This document shows positions 18,991 to 30,372 of a stretch of DNA of 64,000 bases, piece after piece; position 1 is the stretch's first letter, and every line of letters begins with the position of its first letter. The DNA is from Cyanidioschyzon merolae (taxonomy: Eukaryota). The position numbers were made by a program, and so were the translations under genes. The stretch is from assembly GCA_000091205.1 (NCBI GenBank), contig AP006484.2. One strand, given 5' to 3'. The notes beneath the pieces were generated by a model that was given only the letters and a program-made list of their open reading frames with translations, did no database searches and was not told the origin of the DNA.

Positions 18991-21900
18991 AACGATACCG
19001 CCGTGTGGAAATCGTCTCCGCGAAGCGTCGCGAGCGAAAAGGAAACTGCATTGTGTCGCACTCTGCACCATCCTGGTATCTGCTTCAAGTTGCGCACGCT
19101 GCTCCTTTAAAGTTGGTTTATTTTCGGCAATCAACCCTCTATGCTCGTTGCAGAAGAATACTGCGATCGCGAGGAACTCCCACCCTCGAGGAATCATATC
19201 ACAATGACTGCGATGTTGCTCCATCCTCTCGTGCTTCCTCGATATTACTTGCGCAGTCGTTTAGAAAGCTACTGTACTGAGAAATTTTCAACAAGTTAGG
19301 CGACGGTTGAAAACAGCACTGAATCTAGTTGGGCTGCGTACACGCACGGAAACGGCAGGAATTGCTCAGCGTGCTGCTCGAAGCGGGAGAGCAGTTCGCC
19401 ACCGGTTTCGGACTAATGGAACACTGGACTGCGCTCTATTCTCCTGCTTTTCAAGCTTTCAGAACTTCTTTAAATGTGCAGCCTCGTGACTCGAGTGCAG
19501 GAATAAGGGCTTGCGAATTAAAATGTGGTTTTACAGTTTACGGAAGTCTTTCCACGGAGGCCTCTTCGACTCTTTGCCGATGGAACTCGATGTCCACGAA
19601 ATCAAGATGAAGCGCTACCTTCTAATAAGGGTTTGTAACATAAAGGATATCATTATCCAGTTCATATGCCCAAGCCTTCGCTCGTCCCCTTTCCTTACAC
19701 GTAGCATGGTCAATCCACGAAGTCTTCAAGTCTTGAATCATTCTGTGTTTAGGCAACTCTAGCGCGCAACATATTGCGCTGCTGTGTCGTCTAGGAAAGA
19801 GAATTCAACAGTGTCCCTTGACGACTTCTTCACAAGTTCAGAGCGAAGTCTCATTGAACTTATCACGACGAATAATCGATTCCGTTAGATAGAAAAATCG
19901 GTCCCTCTCTGCGGCGACCGGCGATACTGCATTCGACAGGAGAATGATACCTCTCAGGATGTGTGCGCCTAGAAGCGCCGGTCAATTCTGCTCGCAAGCG
20001 CAGGTAACTTGGACTCGGATCTCAGTCGTCGCAAGAATCGCTTCCAGTAATGCGTGCGTCTCCGCCTTCAGTGAAGCGAGCGTTGACAAATCGAAATTCC
20101 GCTTCTATTTCTCCAGCCAGGATTTTTCCTTCCGTTGCTTGTTTCATCATGGACAATATCGAGTTCTACAATTCATTCCTAGAATAGAACGGATTGCGCT
20201 TTCAAGTATAGCGACTAGAATATTCGCCGAGGGAGTCGCTCAGAATAAACTCGTGATAGCAGGGTACGGTACCGAACTTGGAAACTGAGAGAAGCGCCTG
20301 TGGAAGTCTTAAATACATGCCACGGAAATGCACCGAGCCATGAAGCAAGCGTTCACAAGTCGCATGTCGGCACTTGGGGAAGTACGTGTGGTGAACGTAC
20401 GGGACCAACCGAACGCAGCCAGGTCCCACCACTGCGAAGAGCTCACCGAGGATGTGTTTTAAGAAGTTGAAAACGGCAATTGGTACCTAAATAGAAAAAA
20501 CATCCTCCTGTACATGAAAGAGTCAACAACAGGTGGAAGCAGGGAGACAGGGAATTTAACGTTGCTACCAGCGTCATTTGACTGTCTGAATCGGAACTGG
20601 GGAAAGTAAAGACCAACATATTTAGAGCAGGAGACCATAGAAAGGAAAAGAAGCTGTCCCTGCGAATGCCGGCAAAAGCCTTTGTTAAAGACCGCGAGAC
20701 GAGAACCAAACTTTGATAGGAATTTCCGAGCGAGCCATGTGGAACACTTTCGATCTTAGTCTCACATGAATGTACTGCAGATGGTGGGCACGCCCTTTAT
20801 AATGAATAAATGTCTGATAATGCCTCTTTACAACTTATATTCAGGAGATTCTAGAAGAAGCAACCGTGCCGTGGATCTTTGATACTGTAAGTGGGAGGAG
20901 ATTTGGAACTCCTACCTCTTCATCCTCTTGACTAATCGCGCACAAAAGCACTCCGACACTTTAACTTGACTAGCTACAACAGACTAATATTTCGTAACCT
21001 CAGGTTACCCCTGGCTCATCTTCAAAGAAAATAAATTTTTCCAGGAGGTACTAAATATGGACAACGTCCAAGAAAAATTCAAAATACGTCATCGAAATCG
21101 CCCTGCTGCGAAAATTAGAAATTCGCTCAGATCTGAAATTTTTGAAAGGCAAATTTCGCTCCCGTGTGCCTTAATAGATGTCTCCCAACAGAATGATTTA
21201 ATGTATTCATAAGCTCAGCCCAAATCGTTCCGGCCTGCGTGAAAACTGATAATTAATTTTTCTTCGTATTCAACGATTAGACTCAACACTGGGCTCGTCG
21301 AACTTGACCATCGTAAAATTTTGCTGCTTCTGTTGATTATATAGGATTCGTTTTTACTGGACCGTCTGCCAAGATCTATACGCAACTAGTGAGTATGGAA
21401 CCTTTACCGCATACTGAGTGCCAGTGGAGTCTAAGTTAATCTTTAATCTTTTTTTCAGGCTGAGGGCCTGCAGCCTTGTTTCTGAGAAAAATACCTGTCA
21501 GAGACCCCGTTGAAACTACGGTGAGCGGTGGAACCATCAAGAGTTACTCTCGGCATCGTTGCGTTTCTCCATATAGAACGCTTTTGGAGAATCCGGCCAA
21601 TAATGAGGGAACTGCGTTCTGAGACTTGACGGAGATTGCTCGAAAAACAAAAAAAGTATTATTGTCATGCGTGGTTCGAACCGCGTCAGATATTCGTGCG
21701 CCTCTTAATGCCAAATGTGGTAGTCGGTGTCACTATCGCATGCTCGCATCCCATCCTGGCTATCTGGTAATGATTTGAGCCTTCGCAATTACTAGTTGAA
21801 TTGCATCTATCCAAGCAATTGGTATCTCAGAAATCCTTTCAGATCATCTCGTGGAATTACACACTTCGAAATAAAACTCAATAAATCCATTTGCGAGTAC

Positions 21901-22283
21901 TGTCTGAACGAAGGCCTTTTGCGCAAGTGAAGGTAGATATCGCGCTTCGTAGGCTCTTCCACTAATTCCTAACCACGACGAACTTGCAGGAAGCGTCAAA
22001 CTGTCCACAAGAGATATTGCATTTAGCCGTGGTCCCGCCTGTCCAAAAAAACCGGTGCCACGGCAGCCACACTCGCTTATCAAGTTTACGTTTGTCACAG
22101 ACACTGCGTGACTGCTCGAAGGCGTCTGCAAACAAATACAGTCTTTCATGCGCCATTCCCGTTAAAAGAAGCTGCTCAAACGGACCCTGTACAGATCATT
22201 TTTACTTGAGTACATACATTATCATAATTGACATCGAGGCAAACAATGGTCGCCGCCGAGTGACTCGCCCAATCTAAGCTCTC

Positions 22284-23867
22284 CTAGAAGATCGAGTCGG
22301 CTAAAGCACCCAAATACTGAGCCATTTTCTCATTCTTTGCAGTACCATCCCCATCCTTGTACATAATGGACAAAAAACGCGTCGCAGGGAGGCTGCCAAG
22401 CTCATGTGCAGCTTGAAGAACAAAAAATGCATGTTTCGCATTTCGCTGGATTCCTAGACCATGATAAACCATCATCCCAGCGGTGTAAAGGCAGTCAGCT
22501 GCGGACTGTATGTTCTGCTCCTCCGCGTGGATCTGTGCTGCGTCAAAGAAGAGTCGCAACGCCTTTTCATAGTCGCGCTCCACCTCGAATTTGCCCGCAT
22601 ATATCGCCTCTGCGAGAAACTGCATTGCACCTGCATGTTCGAGATCAGCTGCGATCGCAATATGATGGTGAAATCGTTTCAAACTCAGAGCGATAGGGCC
22701 GTCATATACTTCGTGCAGGAGCGTGCCGCAGAAGATGCGTGCGAGGACAAAGTGTGCATCTGGGTGACCTTTGGAAGCTGCTTTCTGGAGTTGGTCCATA
22801 CCCTTTGCATAGTCGATGTCTTGTCCGAGATCTCCCATGATATATATGCAACCCAACTCATGTTCAGCGTGCATGTCCCCCATATTGGCAGCATGTTTGA
22901 GACATCCCAAGGCCTTTGCAATATTCGACGGTTTTGTTTCTCTGTAGTAGGCCGCCAGCTGTACATATGCGTTCAAGTCGCCTTCATCGGCTGCCTCCTC
23001 TAATAACTTCAGCGCTTTGGCTGGATCAGCCCTTACTGGGTGGATGCCTTCCAAGAAGAAAGCCGCGAGGGCAGTTTTCGCTTCGGCAACTCCCGAACCC
23101 GCTGCCAACTGAACATAATGAAAAGACTTGTCATAAAGATCGTCTAAACTATCTCCAACGCTTCTCCGGCCTTCCGCGTCTTCTGATTCAGCTGAAGGCA
23201 GAGACTCGGTGCCGATTGTGATACGCGCCCTCTGCAACTCATTCCGCAGAGCGTCGGGAAACGCCGTAAGATTCGAGTCACGCATTACTGATGAAGCGAG
23301 TGCACGCAAGTCTCCAATAAATGCTGCATTCTGTTCCCGCGCTTGCAATGTTGCCTGTTCCTGATATGTTAAACCTAGAAGGTATTGAGCATGTGGGAAG
23401 CCTGCTGCGGCTGGTAACCGCAGAAGCTCTCGCAGCTCCTTAAGATCTTGAGTGCTCCTTCGCGGCTTTTTAAAATACTTCACTAGAGCGTAGGCCACCC
23501 GCGCGGTGGCGCTTGAGAGTGACATAGCCTGGTTGTCGTCGGATATATACTGTTGCGCAAACGCAAGCGCTTCCTCACGGCCCCGTTTCTCGAGGAGCTC
23601 ATCGAAAACTTTTTCCGAAAAGATGCGGTGCTCCTCACCTAGTGTGCTGAGATAGCGTTTTAAGCTTCTTACACTGAACTCTGTGCGAGCGCTATCCTTC
23701 TGGAACCCTGTGTAGCGCAGAGCCGAGTGAAACGAACGGGCAGCACCGAGCTCCCTCGCAGTTTGGGCAACAGTACGCGAACTTGGCCTGCTGTTACACA
23801 AGACAAGTAGCCGCTTACCAATAATTGCCAACCGATTTGCACAAATACGGCTCATTAGCTTTGCCAT
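22284..23867 (-). CDS. Sel1-like repeat (SLR/TPR-like) protein with a basic N-terminal presequence
   Basis: A 527-aa ORF with an ATG at 23865-23867. It contains at least 6 Sel1-type repeats (..AQYLLGLTYQEQ.., ..NAYVQLAAYYRE.., ..HAEHELGCIYIMGDLGQDIDYAKGMDQLQKAASKGHPDAHFVLARIF.., ..YTAGMMVYHGLGIQRNAKHAFFVLQAAHELG.., ..RFLSIMYKDGDG). The N-terminus MAKLMSRICANRLAIIGKRLLVL resembles a mitochondrial targeting peptide. Confidence 0.75.
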   Translation of the reverse strand: MAKLMSRICANRLAIIGKRLLVLCNSRPSSRTVAQTARELGAARSFHSALRYTGFQKDSARTEFSVRSLKRYLSTLGEEHRIFSEKVFDELLEKRGREEALAFAQQYISDDNQAMSLSSATARVAYALVKYFKKPRRSTQDLKELRELLRLPAAAGFPHAQYLLGLTYQEQATLQAREQNAAFIGDLRALASSVMRDSNLTAFPDALRNELQRARITIGTESLPSAESEDAEGRRSVGDSLDDLYDKSFHYVQLAAGSGVAEAKTALAAFFLEGIHPVRADPAKALKLLEEAADEGDLNAYVQLAAYYRETKPSNIAKALGCLKHAANMGDMHAEHELGCIYIMGDLGQDIDYAKGMDQLQKAASKGHPDAHFVLARIFCGTLLHEVYDGPIALSLKRFHHHIAIAADLEHAGAMQFLAEAIYAGKFEVERDYEKALRLFFDAAQIHAEEQNIQSAADCLYTAGMMVYHGLGIQRNAKHAFFVLQAAHELGSLPATRFLSIMYKDGDGTAKNEKMAQYLGALADSIF

Positions 23868-23940
23868 TGTGCAAGCCCGTCGGGGGCTACTGAAAACATT
23901 CTGAAAAACGAGTCACTAGTGTTCTATATTGAAGTGTTGA

Positions 23941-25294
23941 AGTTTTTCATCTCAATTTTGTCGCACCCGCGCTGCGGTGCGTACAAAGAGTGATCGAAAT
24001 GACTATGCAAGATACCATAGATATCGAGGTCGGATTGTCCGTAAGTTACATTCTTTACTAAACCGTGCATGGATCGCTGCATTCCTCCTTCAGGTACGTA
24101 TACCATAATATTCAGATGGTTGAGAAGCACTGAAAGAAAGAAGTATATGCACTCCGCGTCGAAAAGCGATATTTCCAGCGACTACTTGGTGGCGATGCTA
24201 GAAAATAACCCGTGGATCGAGTTAGGGAAAGCAAAACCTGCGATAATGGCTGCCACAGGCGTCCTTCTTTCCCACAAGCTTGTTCGTGTGATCCTAGAAC
24301 ACTGGGATACAGTCTCAAAGAACGAGTCCTAGTTCATGCGCGGCCATCATCCACCGAAATCGGAACTATAGTGTTCCTGGCACGACGCGATCCGTAGAAA
24401 GCAGAAGATCGTCGGTTTGTTTTTTCAGTCGATGAGACTTGCTTCGGACGACACGGTCGGAGCGTATATGGGCGTTCGTGGAGCAGGGCACCCATTGTGT
24501 GTATCATCTAACTCGAAGAGAACGATCACATCATCATCTGTTCTAGATGCAGTGGATTCATTTGGCGGCCTCAGTTTCGCTCGTGGTGGAGGCTCATGCA
24601 ACAGCACCCTCTTCTTTGAATCATTGAAGACTTTTCCCTGATGTCAAGCGTAGTCCTGCTATCGGACAGCGTGACATTTTACCATTCCCTTGCGATCGAG
24701 CCTCTGCCGATTTTATCCGGATAGGTCTGCTTGCCATTCCTCCGTGCTCTCCGTGACTAAACCCCATCGAAGAAGCGCTTTCTATCGTGAAACGTAACCA
24801 TCGCTCCATTGGGTGAAGCGCTGAAGCGTTCAGCACACGGTGACACACCAGGGCACATGTCGTCTCGCTTCCGCAAGTCCTTCTTGATCCGTGAAGATCC
24901 TCACTTAAGGGCATGAAGAAGTGTGTTCGTTTTGAAGAAATACAATACCCGAGAGATGAGCTGGGGTGCACACTTCAGAACGTCGAGATGAAGAAAAGCC
25001 AGCGGAGCGCTTCGCTGGTAGAAAAGCACGGAGTGTTGAGAGAGCAGCAAATGGCGCAGACGGCACGTGTTCGAGGAATCCCGCCACAGTTGTGCTCAAC
25101 GAGAGGCAAAAAAAACGCATGAAATTCTTGAACCGAGACTTCAATGCCGCTATCAATTTCAGACGGTGTGCGTTGCTGAAGACGGAACCCGAGGAGCTGA
25201 GGAGGTATAACTTTGTGCGGCAGCCTCTCCCGGCGGAAGTCTATGAGGTGAAGATGAAAACGATAGCAGTGGGCCGGTTGAAAGAGACTTGGAG
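23941..25294 (+). mobile_element. Repeat family B, copy 2 (TnpB/Fanzor-like relic); its 3' end is about 20 bp shorter or diverged relative to copy 1
   Basis: About 99% identical to 9931-11284. The hairpin CGCACC-n8-GGTGCG sits at 23962-23981. After ..aaagagact the sequence differs from copy 1 and from the other family members. Confidence 0.7.
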
Positions 25295-25304
25295 GCGCCT
25301 CTGA
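24960..25304 (+). pseudogene. TnpB/Fanzor-like RuvC-III fragment (copy 2)
   Basis: Same translation as in copy 1 (..RMKFLNRDFNAAINFRRCALLKTEPEELRRYNFVRQPLPAEVYEVKMKTIAVGRLKET), then it terminates (..WRRL*). Confidence 0.55.
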
Positions 25305-25585
25305 CTAAGTGTTATTTTAATCTTCCTGGTGGTGGAATGTTTTTAGTTTTACTGAGCCTATGGTGCAGATTCCACGATGATTTCGGATACGATTTTTCGT
25401 CGTTGCACTTGCGAGGGTGCACCGGTCAGAAGTAGAGCCGCGAACTTTCCGCTGTTTAAGACGCCGAATAAGTTTCCGTGGGTAGAAGGGCATCGTTTGC
25501 TTCTTTGTGTCGACCGGCCAAAAGAGTGGAGCCTGTGAGAGGTACGTCCACCACGACGAGGGATCTGTAGGGCAGAAGCCTGCCA

Positions 25586-27982
25586 ATGTCTGCAGAGAGT
25601 GTCCGGCGGCCGGAATCGGCGGTTTCGTCGGGAACCCCTCCAGAAGAACATTTTCCGACAGCTGCAGGTGCGTCTTCCCCGACTGTGACCACTCAGCTTG
25701 GTGAGAGAGGGGAACTTAGTACCGGAACCACGAGCCGAAGGTCAGTGTGTCCCCTTTTGAGTGGAGAAGATGCAGCCCCAGCACTTTCGCCCGAGTTCAG
25801 TGCTAGACACCTGGCAAGCGAGCTATTGCTGGAATCACAAATGGGATTGGACTATTCTGGACCAGAAGCTTCAAGGCAGGAAGTGGATTCGTTGAAAATC
25901 GTACCTGATTCGACGGAAGGTTTGGTACCACACGTCGAAGAACATGAACGCAGTTGGATGGTTCCTGCAAGGAACGGGAGCGCTCCTGGATCTCAAGAGG
26001 CTGAGAATTTACCGGGTGGAAGCTCCCCTAAAGAGCACGACTTTCTTTCTGATCTGTTGGCTGACCTTCATGCAGAGGCTGGTGCGAATAAGAAAAGTAC
26101 ACTGGAGCATCGCTTGCCTCATCGATCTCATGATGAGCAGCATCATACTCTGAACGCGTGGGATTTTGCGGCTCTTTACGGTGATGCCACCCCTGATGTC
26201 GTTGCTGCGATTATTTCATCAAGTGAGGGCCTTGTACCGGACGACGGGAGTATTCGACCAGAGACAATATTTTCAATGAGCGACGGCAACCAGGTCATAG
26301 TTCGGGGCGCATCGGATTCTCTGCAGGATCAAAATTGGCTCAACGAAACTTTATACCTCCAGATATCTACGGATCCATCGCATAGTGGATTTCAGTACGC
26401 CGCGAGGCCGCGGAGCAGCTCCAGCATTGGAGACGAGCACTCTCAGTTCTCTATCGGCTGTAGTCCCCTTGTCCAAGAGGTAACCTCGTCCCAGTGCACG
26501 GTGGGTAACTCGAAGAGGGGCGATGTGGAAGCGGATCTGTCTGGTGAAGGTTTGCATCAAATGCTCCTTGGGGAACGTGTTAGAACCAGTTCGTTTCATA
26601 TACCCGGTCACGATACTGGGAATCAGTGTCCAAAGTCCTGGAATTTTATTCGGGGAGAATCCGGCTCGTCCGGAATGCCAGAAGTGCGCCGTGATCCGTT
26701 GGTGGTCGTTCAAAACCCGAAACGCCGTCGCAGGCTAAAAGACCAGCCCAGTGACGACCTGGAGTCAAATCAGCACTCCGTGCATGAACCGAGCCCTGAG
26801 CGAAAAGATCGAAATGACCCACCTAGCAGTTTAGAATGGTGTCACATAGAAGCGTTGAAGACCAAACTCGGGCTTCCAAAAGCTCGGCTTGAACAACACC
26901 CTCTACTGGGACATTTTCAGATGCGTTCTGTCGATAACATTGTTGAGGACCGCCTGCATGATAGACCGTTATCAGAGAGAGGTTTGTGTCTCGGAAGTGA
27001 AAACTTCCCAATCCCTGAAACCGAGAAGATTGAGCCAGAATTTTCTGGAAATGGAACAGTCAACGAAACAGGCAGTTTGGGCGCGGAGAGCGGCAAGCTG
27101 GCGGATTCGGCCTCCATTATGCGAAAGCGGCGCCTTGTGTGGACACCGCAGCTGCACGAACGATTTGTCAAAGCAGTGAATTTGATCGGCGTAGACCAAG
27201 CCATGCCCAAGATACTCGTCAGTTTAATGAATGTGGAAGGCCTCACCCCAGAGCACGTGAAGAGTCACCTGCAGAAGTACAGGCGTAATCTTCGCCGAGC
27301 CAAGAGTGAACAGAGAACTGTGGAGTCTCTGGCAAATTCCGATACGGCTCGCCATGAGCAAACCCAGTTGGCGGCGACGCTGAAAGATGATACTGAACCA
27401 CTAGGTACGTCATCACCGTTACATTTGCAGTTGGGAGCGATTGAGCAACCAGGATCTGGAGAACCGTTCGAAGCGCGCCGTGGAGTTGCCGACAATGTGC
27501 ACGACTCCGTTACAAAAGTAGCGGATGCCTGCGCGGGAGAAGATTCCACTGTTTCGCATAGAGGCTACGCTAATTTTAAGCAGAACAAGGAGGATGATTT
27601 TACAAGAGACTTGAATTCCCACGAAACAAACGCTTTTGTCTTGAAAGGCCAGAACTGTAATCAAGCTCGGTTCGACGAAACTGACTTTGAGAATACCTCC
27701 CGAAATATCAGCGCAGGAGAGGTGACAAGCGAAGCCCAAAGGCCTGCCTCACTGCAGTGCAAGGAACGAATGAACGCGAACACACTTTCGCAGTGTCTGT
27801 TGTCCGCTAAGGCTCGTATGTCGGATTTACTTAAGCAGCAAATAGATCTTCTAAGAGAAATGAGGCTTTGCGATGCGCCGCACCGCGAAAAGTTGCAAGC
27901 AAAATGTGAAGCTCTTGAAAGCGCTTTGGCAGATATCGAGGGAATGCTAGAGCTGGGAGTAGAGGGTCATTTGAGCGAGTGA
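25586..27982 (+). CDS. Myb-like GARP (SHLQKYR-class) transcription factor with a C-terminal coiled-coil, resembling PHR1 / PSR1
   Basis: ATG at 25586. The Myb/SANT segment KRRLVWTPQLHERFVKAVNLIGVDQAMPKILVSLMNVEGLTPEHVKSHLQKYR is close to plant PHR1 (RMRWTPELHEAFVEAVN..GLTIYHVKSHLQKYR). Downstream heptad-rich segments include LLKQQIDLLREMRL..KLQAKCEALESALADIEGMLEL. The rest of the protein is long and low-complexity. Confidence 0.8.
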   Translation: MSAESVRRPESAVSSGTPPEEHFPTAAGASSPTVTTQLGERGELSTGTTSRRSVCPLLSGEDAAPALSPEFSARHLASELLLESQMGLDYSGPEASRQEVDSLKIVPDSTEGLVPHVEEHERSWMVPARNGSAPGSQEAENLPGGSSPKEHDFLSDLLADLHAEAGANKKSTLEHRLPHRSHDEQHHTLNAWDFAALYGDATPDVVAAIISSSEGLVPDDGSIRPETIFSMSDGNQVIVRGASDSLQDQNWLNETLYLQISTDPSHSGFQYAARPRSSSSIGDEHSQFSIGCSPLVQEVTSSQCTVGNSKRGDVEADLSGEGLHQMLLGERVRTSSFHIPGHDTGNQCPKSWNFIRGESGSSGMPEVRRDPLVVVQNPKRRRRLKDQPSDDLESNQHSVHEPSPERKDRNDPPSSLEWCHIEALKTKLGLPKARLEQHPLLGHFQMRSVDNIVEDRLHDRPLSERGLCLGSENFPIPETEKIEPEFSGNGTVNETGSLGAESGKLADSASIMRKRRLVWTPQLHERFVKAVNLIGVDQAMPKILVSLMNVEGLTPEHVKSHLQKYRRNLRRAKSEQRTVESLANSDTARHEQTQLAATLKDDTEPLGTSSPLHLQLGAIEQPGSGEPFEARRGVADNVHDSVTKVADACAGEDSTVSHRGYANFKQNKEDDFTRDLNSHETNAFVLKGQNCNQARFDETDFENTSRNISAGEVTSEAQRPASLQCKERMNANTLSQCLLSAKARMSDLLKQQIDLLREMRLCDAPHREKLQAKCEALESALADIEGMLELGVEGHLSE

Positions 27983-28155
27983 GTGCTTCGACCTCTATCG
28001 AGGTATTGTAATCCTTAGATATTGTCAGACTGACGGCTGAGGCGGAACTGCTTACAGCAGCAAATCTCTGCCCTTCGGCACGCTTACACCAGTGCAAGCT
28101 CTTGTATCTGTAACGGCATCTGCTGTGTCTCTTCTTCGTGTTTTCCCGCAGGAAC

Positions 28156-30372
28156 TCGACAAAAAGATTTCACCCCGTACATTCGAGAAAGGTCACGTAA
28201 GCACTACATGATGTCAGTGCTTGCATTTGAAAAACGAACTTACTTTCACATGCAAGTCATTCTACGAACGGCGGGTACAGGAACCACCCTTCTCGTAGTC
28301 CACATACTACGTGGTGTGCATCCAAAATAGAACTTATCAAACTCGCTATCGACGACTGTTTCCTCGTCAATCCTTTCCGTGCGATACGTTCTTCACGAAA
28401 CGCTACCAAGGAAGCAACAGTGCGGCAACTTTACGCAACGCTGATACGAACGGTGGAGAACAGACACGGATGGAAAAAGTAAGATGTATGCCTCTATGGG
28501 AGAGCGGTGCGCGTTGCTCACCGAACTATCAGAGTCGCACCCAAATACAAAAGCTTATTGCCGCAGCAACGAATGTTCGTCTCACTCGACGAGACTTCAG
28601 ACGTAGTAGATCTGCATGAGGGCACTCGAAGAGGGCCCCATTGTCGCCCGTGCAGAATAGACGAGCGAGCATTCCGACAACGTCAGCCCTGGCGATGATT
28701 CCACTGCTTGGTCGCCTACGAATCGAGAAAAGCACAGGGTAGTTCGGCAACGCTTCTCGTCACCTAAGCAGTTCGTGGCTCCCCGTTACCGCTATCTTCC
28801 ATCCTGCTCTTTTACAGCGTTGCTTTCCGTCATCCAAAGGCGGTCCAGGAGCACGTGCCCGAGACTGGCATTGAGCGACTATTTGTGCCTGCCGATTCTC
28901 CGAGATTCGATCCTATGAAAGGCATCTTCTCTGCTGAGAAACGCCAATATACGCTCCCGGATCGATAGTCGAGTCGTTCGCATCCGTGGAACCGTCCGTC
29001 GACGAGTCCTTCCGTGCTGGTACTATCCCGGAACTGGGCTGCTGACCCTCTGCTCGAGCCAGGAAGTGAGCGGAAGGGCTCGCTTCGGTCGCACCGCCGG
29101 CCCAGTACCAGTGAGTCCCGAGGGATAACATTCGGATGTAGCGTATAGGAGAAAAACCCACGGAGAGACGAGATCAACCTGCAACCATGGTCAAGGCACT
29201 CCTACGAAAACACATCACCTGGTAGAATCTCTCCCAAAGTGAGACGCTGGACGTTGTTTAGCGAAAAATGCCTCCTACTCTGGGAAGATTCGTCTTCCTT
29301 CTCTCGCCTTGACACACATCCTCAAGCGACTGTTGGTAGGATTGTAGGAGACAGGACGGGCAGCTGTCCAGAGTCTGCCGTTACGTATTCAGTCCAACCC
29401 TGGTGCGACAACTGATGCTCTCGATGGAAGACGGAATACATACCCGGCTTTTCTATGGCTGTATCTCATCGAGAGTCGGGCATGTTCGACGCTACGAGGC
29501 GCACCAGCAAGCGGAATGTCGGCGTCACGACCTGTCTTGACACACTGGGCTTCGCATCGAGCAGGGAATGATGCTCCAGACGCCTCTCATAGAGTATACA
29601 TGATCGTCCGGATGGGTCATACGGGCGCACTTTGGCTAAAGCACATGCATCCGTGTTGAGGTCGCCAACGTTTCCGGTTATTCGGAGGGGAAAAACGTGC
29701 ACTCGCAACTCTCTCGTTGCATTCGATGAGGAATTGGCAGACGTGTTGCGTCTGTTCTTTGGTTGTAGCCTACGGCGCTGGATATGCTGTTGGGCGCGAG
29801 GGTCGCACTCGTGCCGCATGTGGAGCACACAAAGAGTGCAGCAACCCATGCTGCACGATGCCCGTCTTTGCGTACAGGACGGCATACATATATTGCGAGC
29901 ACAGGTGCGCACTGAAACCTGCACGGGAGAAGAGCGTGAATCGACGCTGGATGCACGGGATGTCGCACAAAAAGCTGACCGAAGGTCAGGTTACGAGAAC
30001 ATTGACCGTGGGCGGCTTGGCTTGGTGTGATTCGACCAGGAACAACGCGCACAAGCACTTGCTGCAGCATGACTTGAAGGTTTCGATCAGCAGTCGGGAC
30101 TATCCCACGCTTCCAAAGCGACCAGCGGCTTTATCTTCGGAGGAATTTGGAGGGAGTCCTTTCGCAGCTAGTGTGGGCATTGTGCTGGAACGCTGAAGGC
30201 TTGCGATGAAGAAAAGCAGTATCGGCCAGGAGAGAGGGTCGGGTTTCCATCCGAAGCAACGCACAAGGATGATGTCGTCAGCGACCCAGATATGCTAGAG
30301 CGCCGAATGCGTACACCGAGAATGATTTACCATGGCAATCGGTGAAAGATAAATATGGTCCATTATTCGAAA
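28156..30372. repeat. Dispersed repeat family C, copy 1 (about 2.2 kb, unclassified, no long ORF)
   Basis: About 99% identical to 58246-60462 at a constant offset of 30090. It starts TCGACAAAAAGATTTCACC and ends ..TGGTCCATTATTCGAAA. The 11-bp inverted repeat at 28232-28264 has one mismatch in this copy. No TSD, TIR or LTR is evident. Confidence 0.85.

Noticed and set aside
21668-21700. tRNA-like GGTTCGAACC box (catgcgtGGTTCGAACCgcgtcag) in the AT-rich spacer
   Set aside because: The core is a perfect 10-bp palindrome rather than a T-arm with a 7-nt loop. No acceptor, D or anticodon arms can be built from the flanking sequence.
28529-28750. Possible TnpB-like tail inside repeat C (minus strand: ..LFCTGDNGALFECPHADLLRLKSRRVRRTFVAAAISF)
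   Set aside because: Only a loose C...C...x17...RTFVAAAISF resemblance to the C-x2-C...D-R-D-x-N-A-A-x-N-I block, with the Asp and Asn positions both changed. This is insufficient to call without profile-search support. I kept it only as a remark in the repeat C finding.
28156-30372. Helitron or solo-LTR interpretation of repeat C
   Set aside because: The ends are TCGAC... and ...TTCGAAA, not TC...CTRR between A and T, and not TG...CA with TSDs. I see no flanking target-site duplication in either copy.
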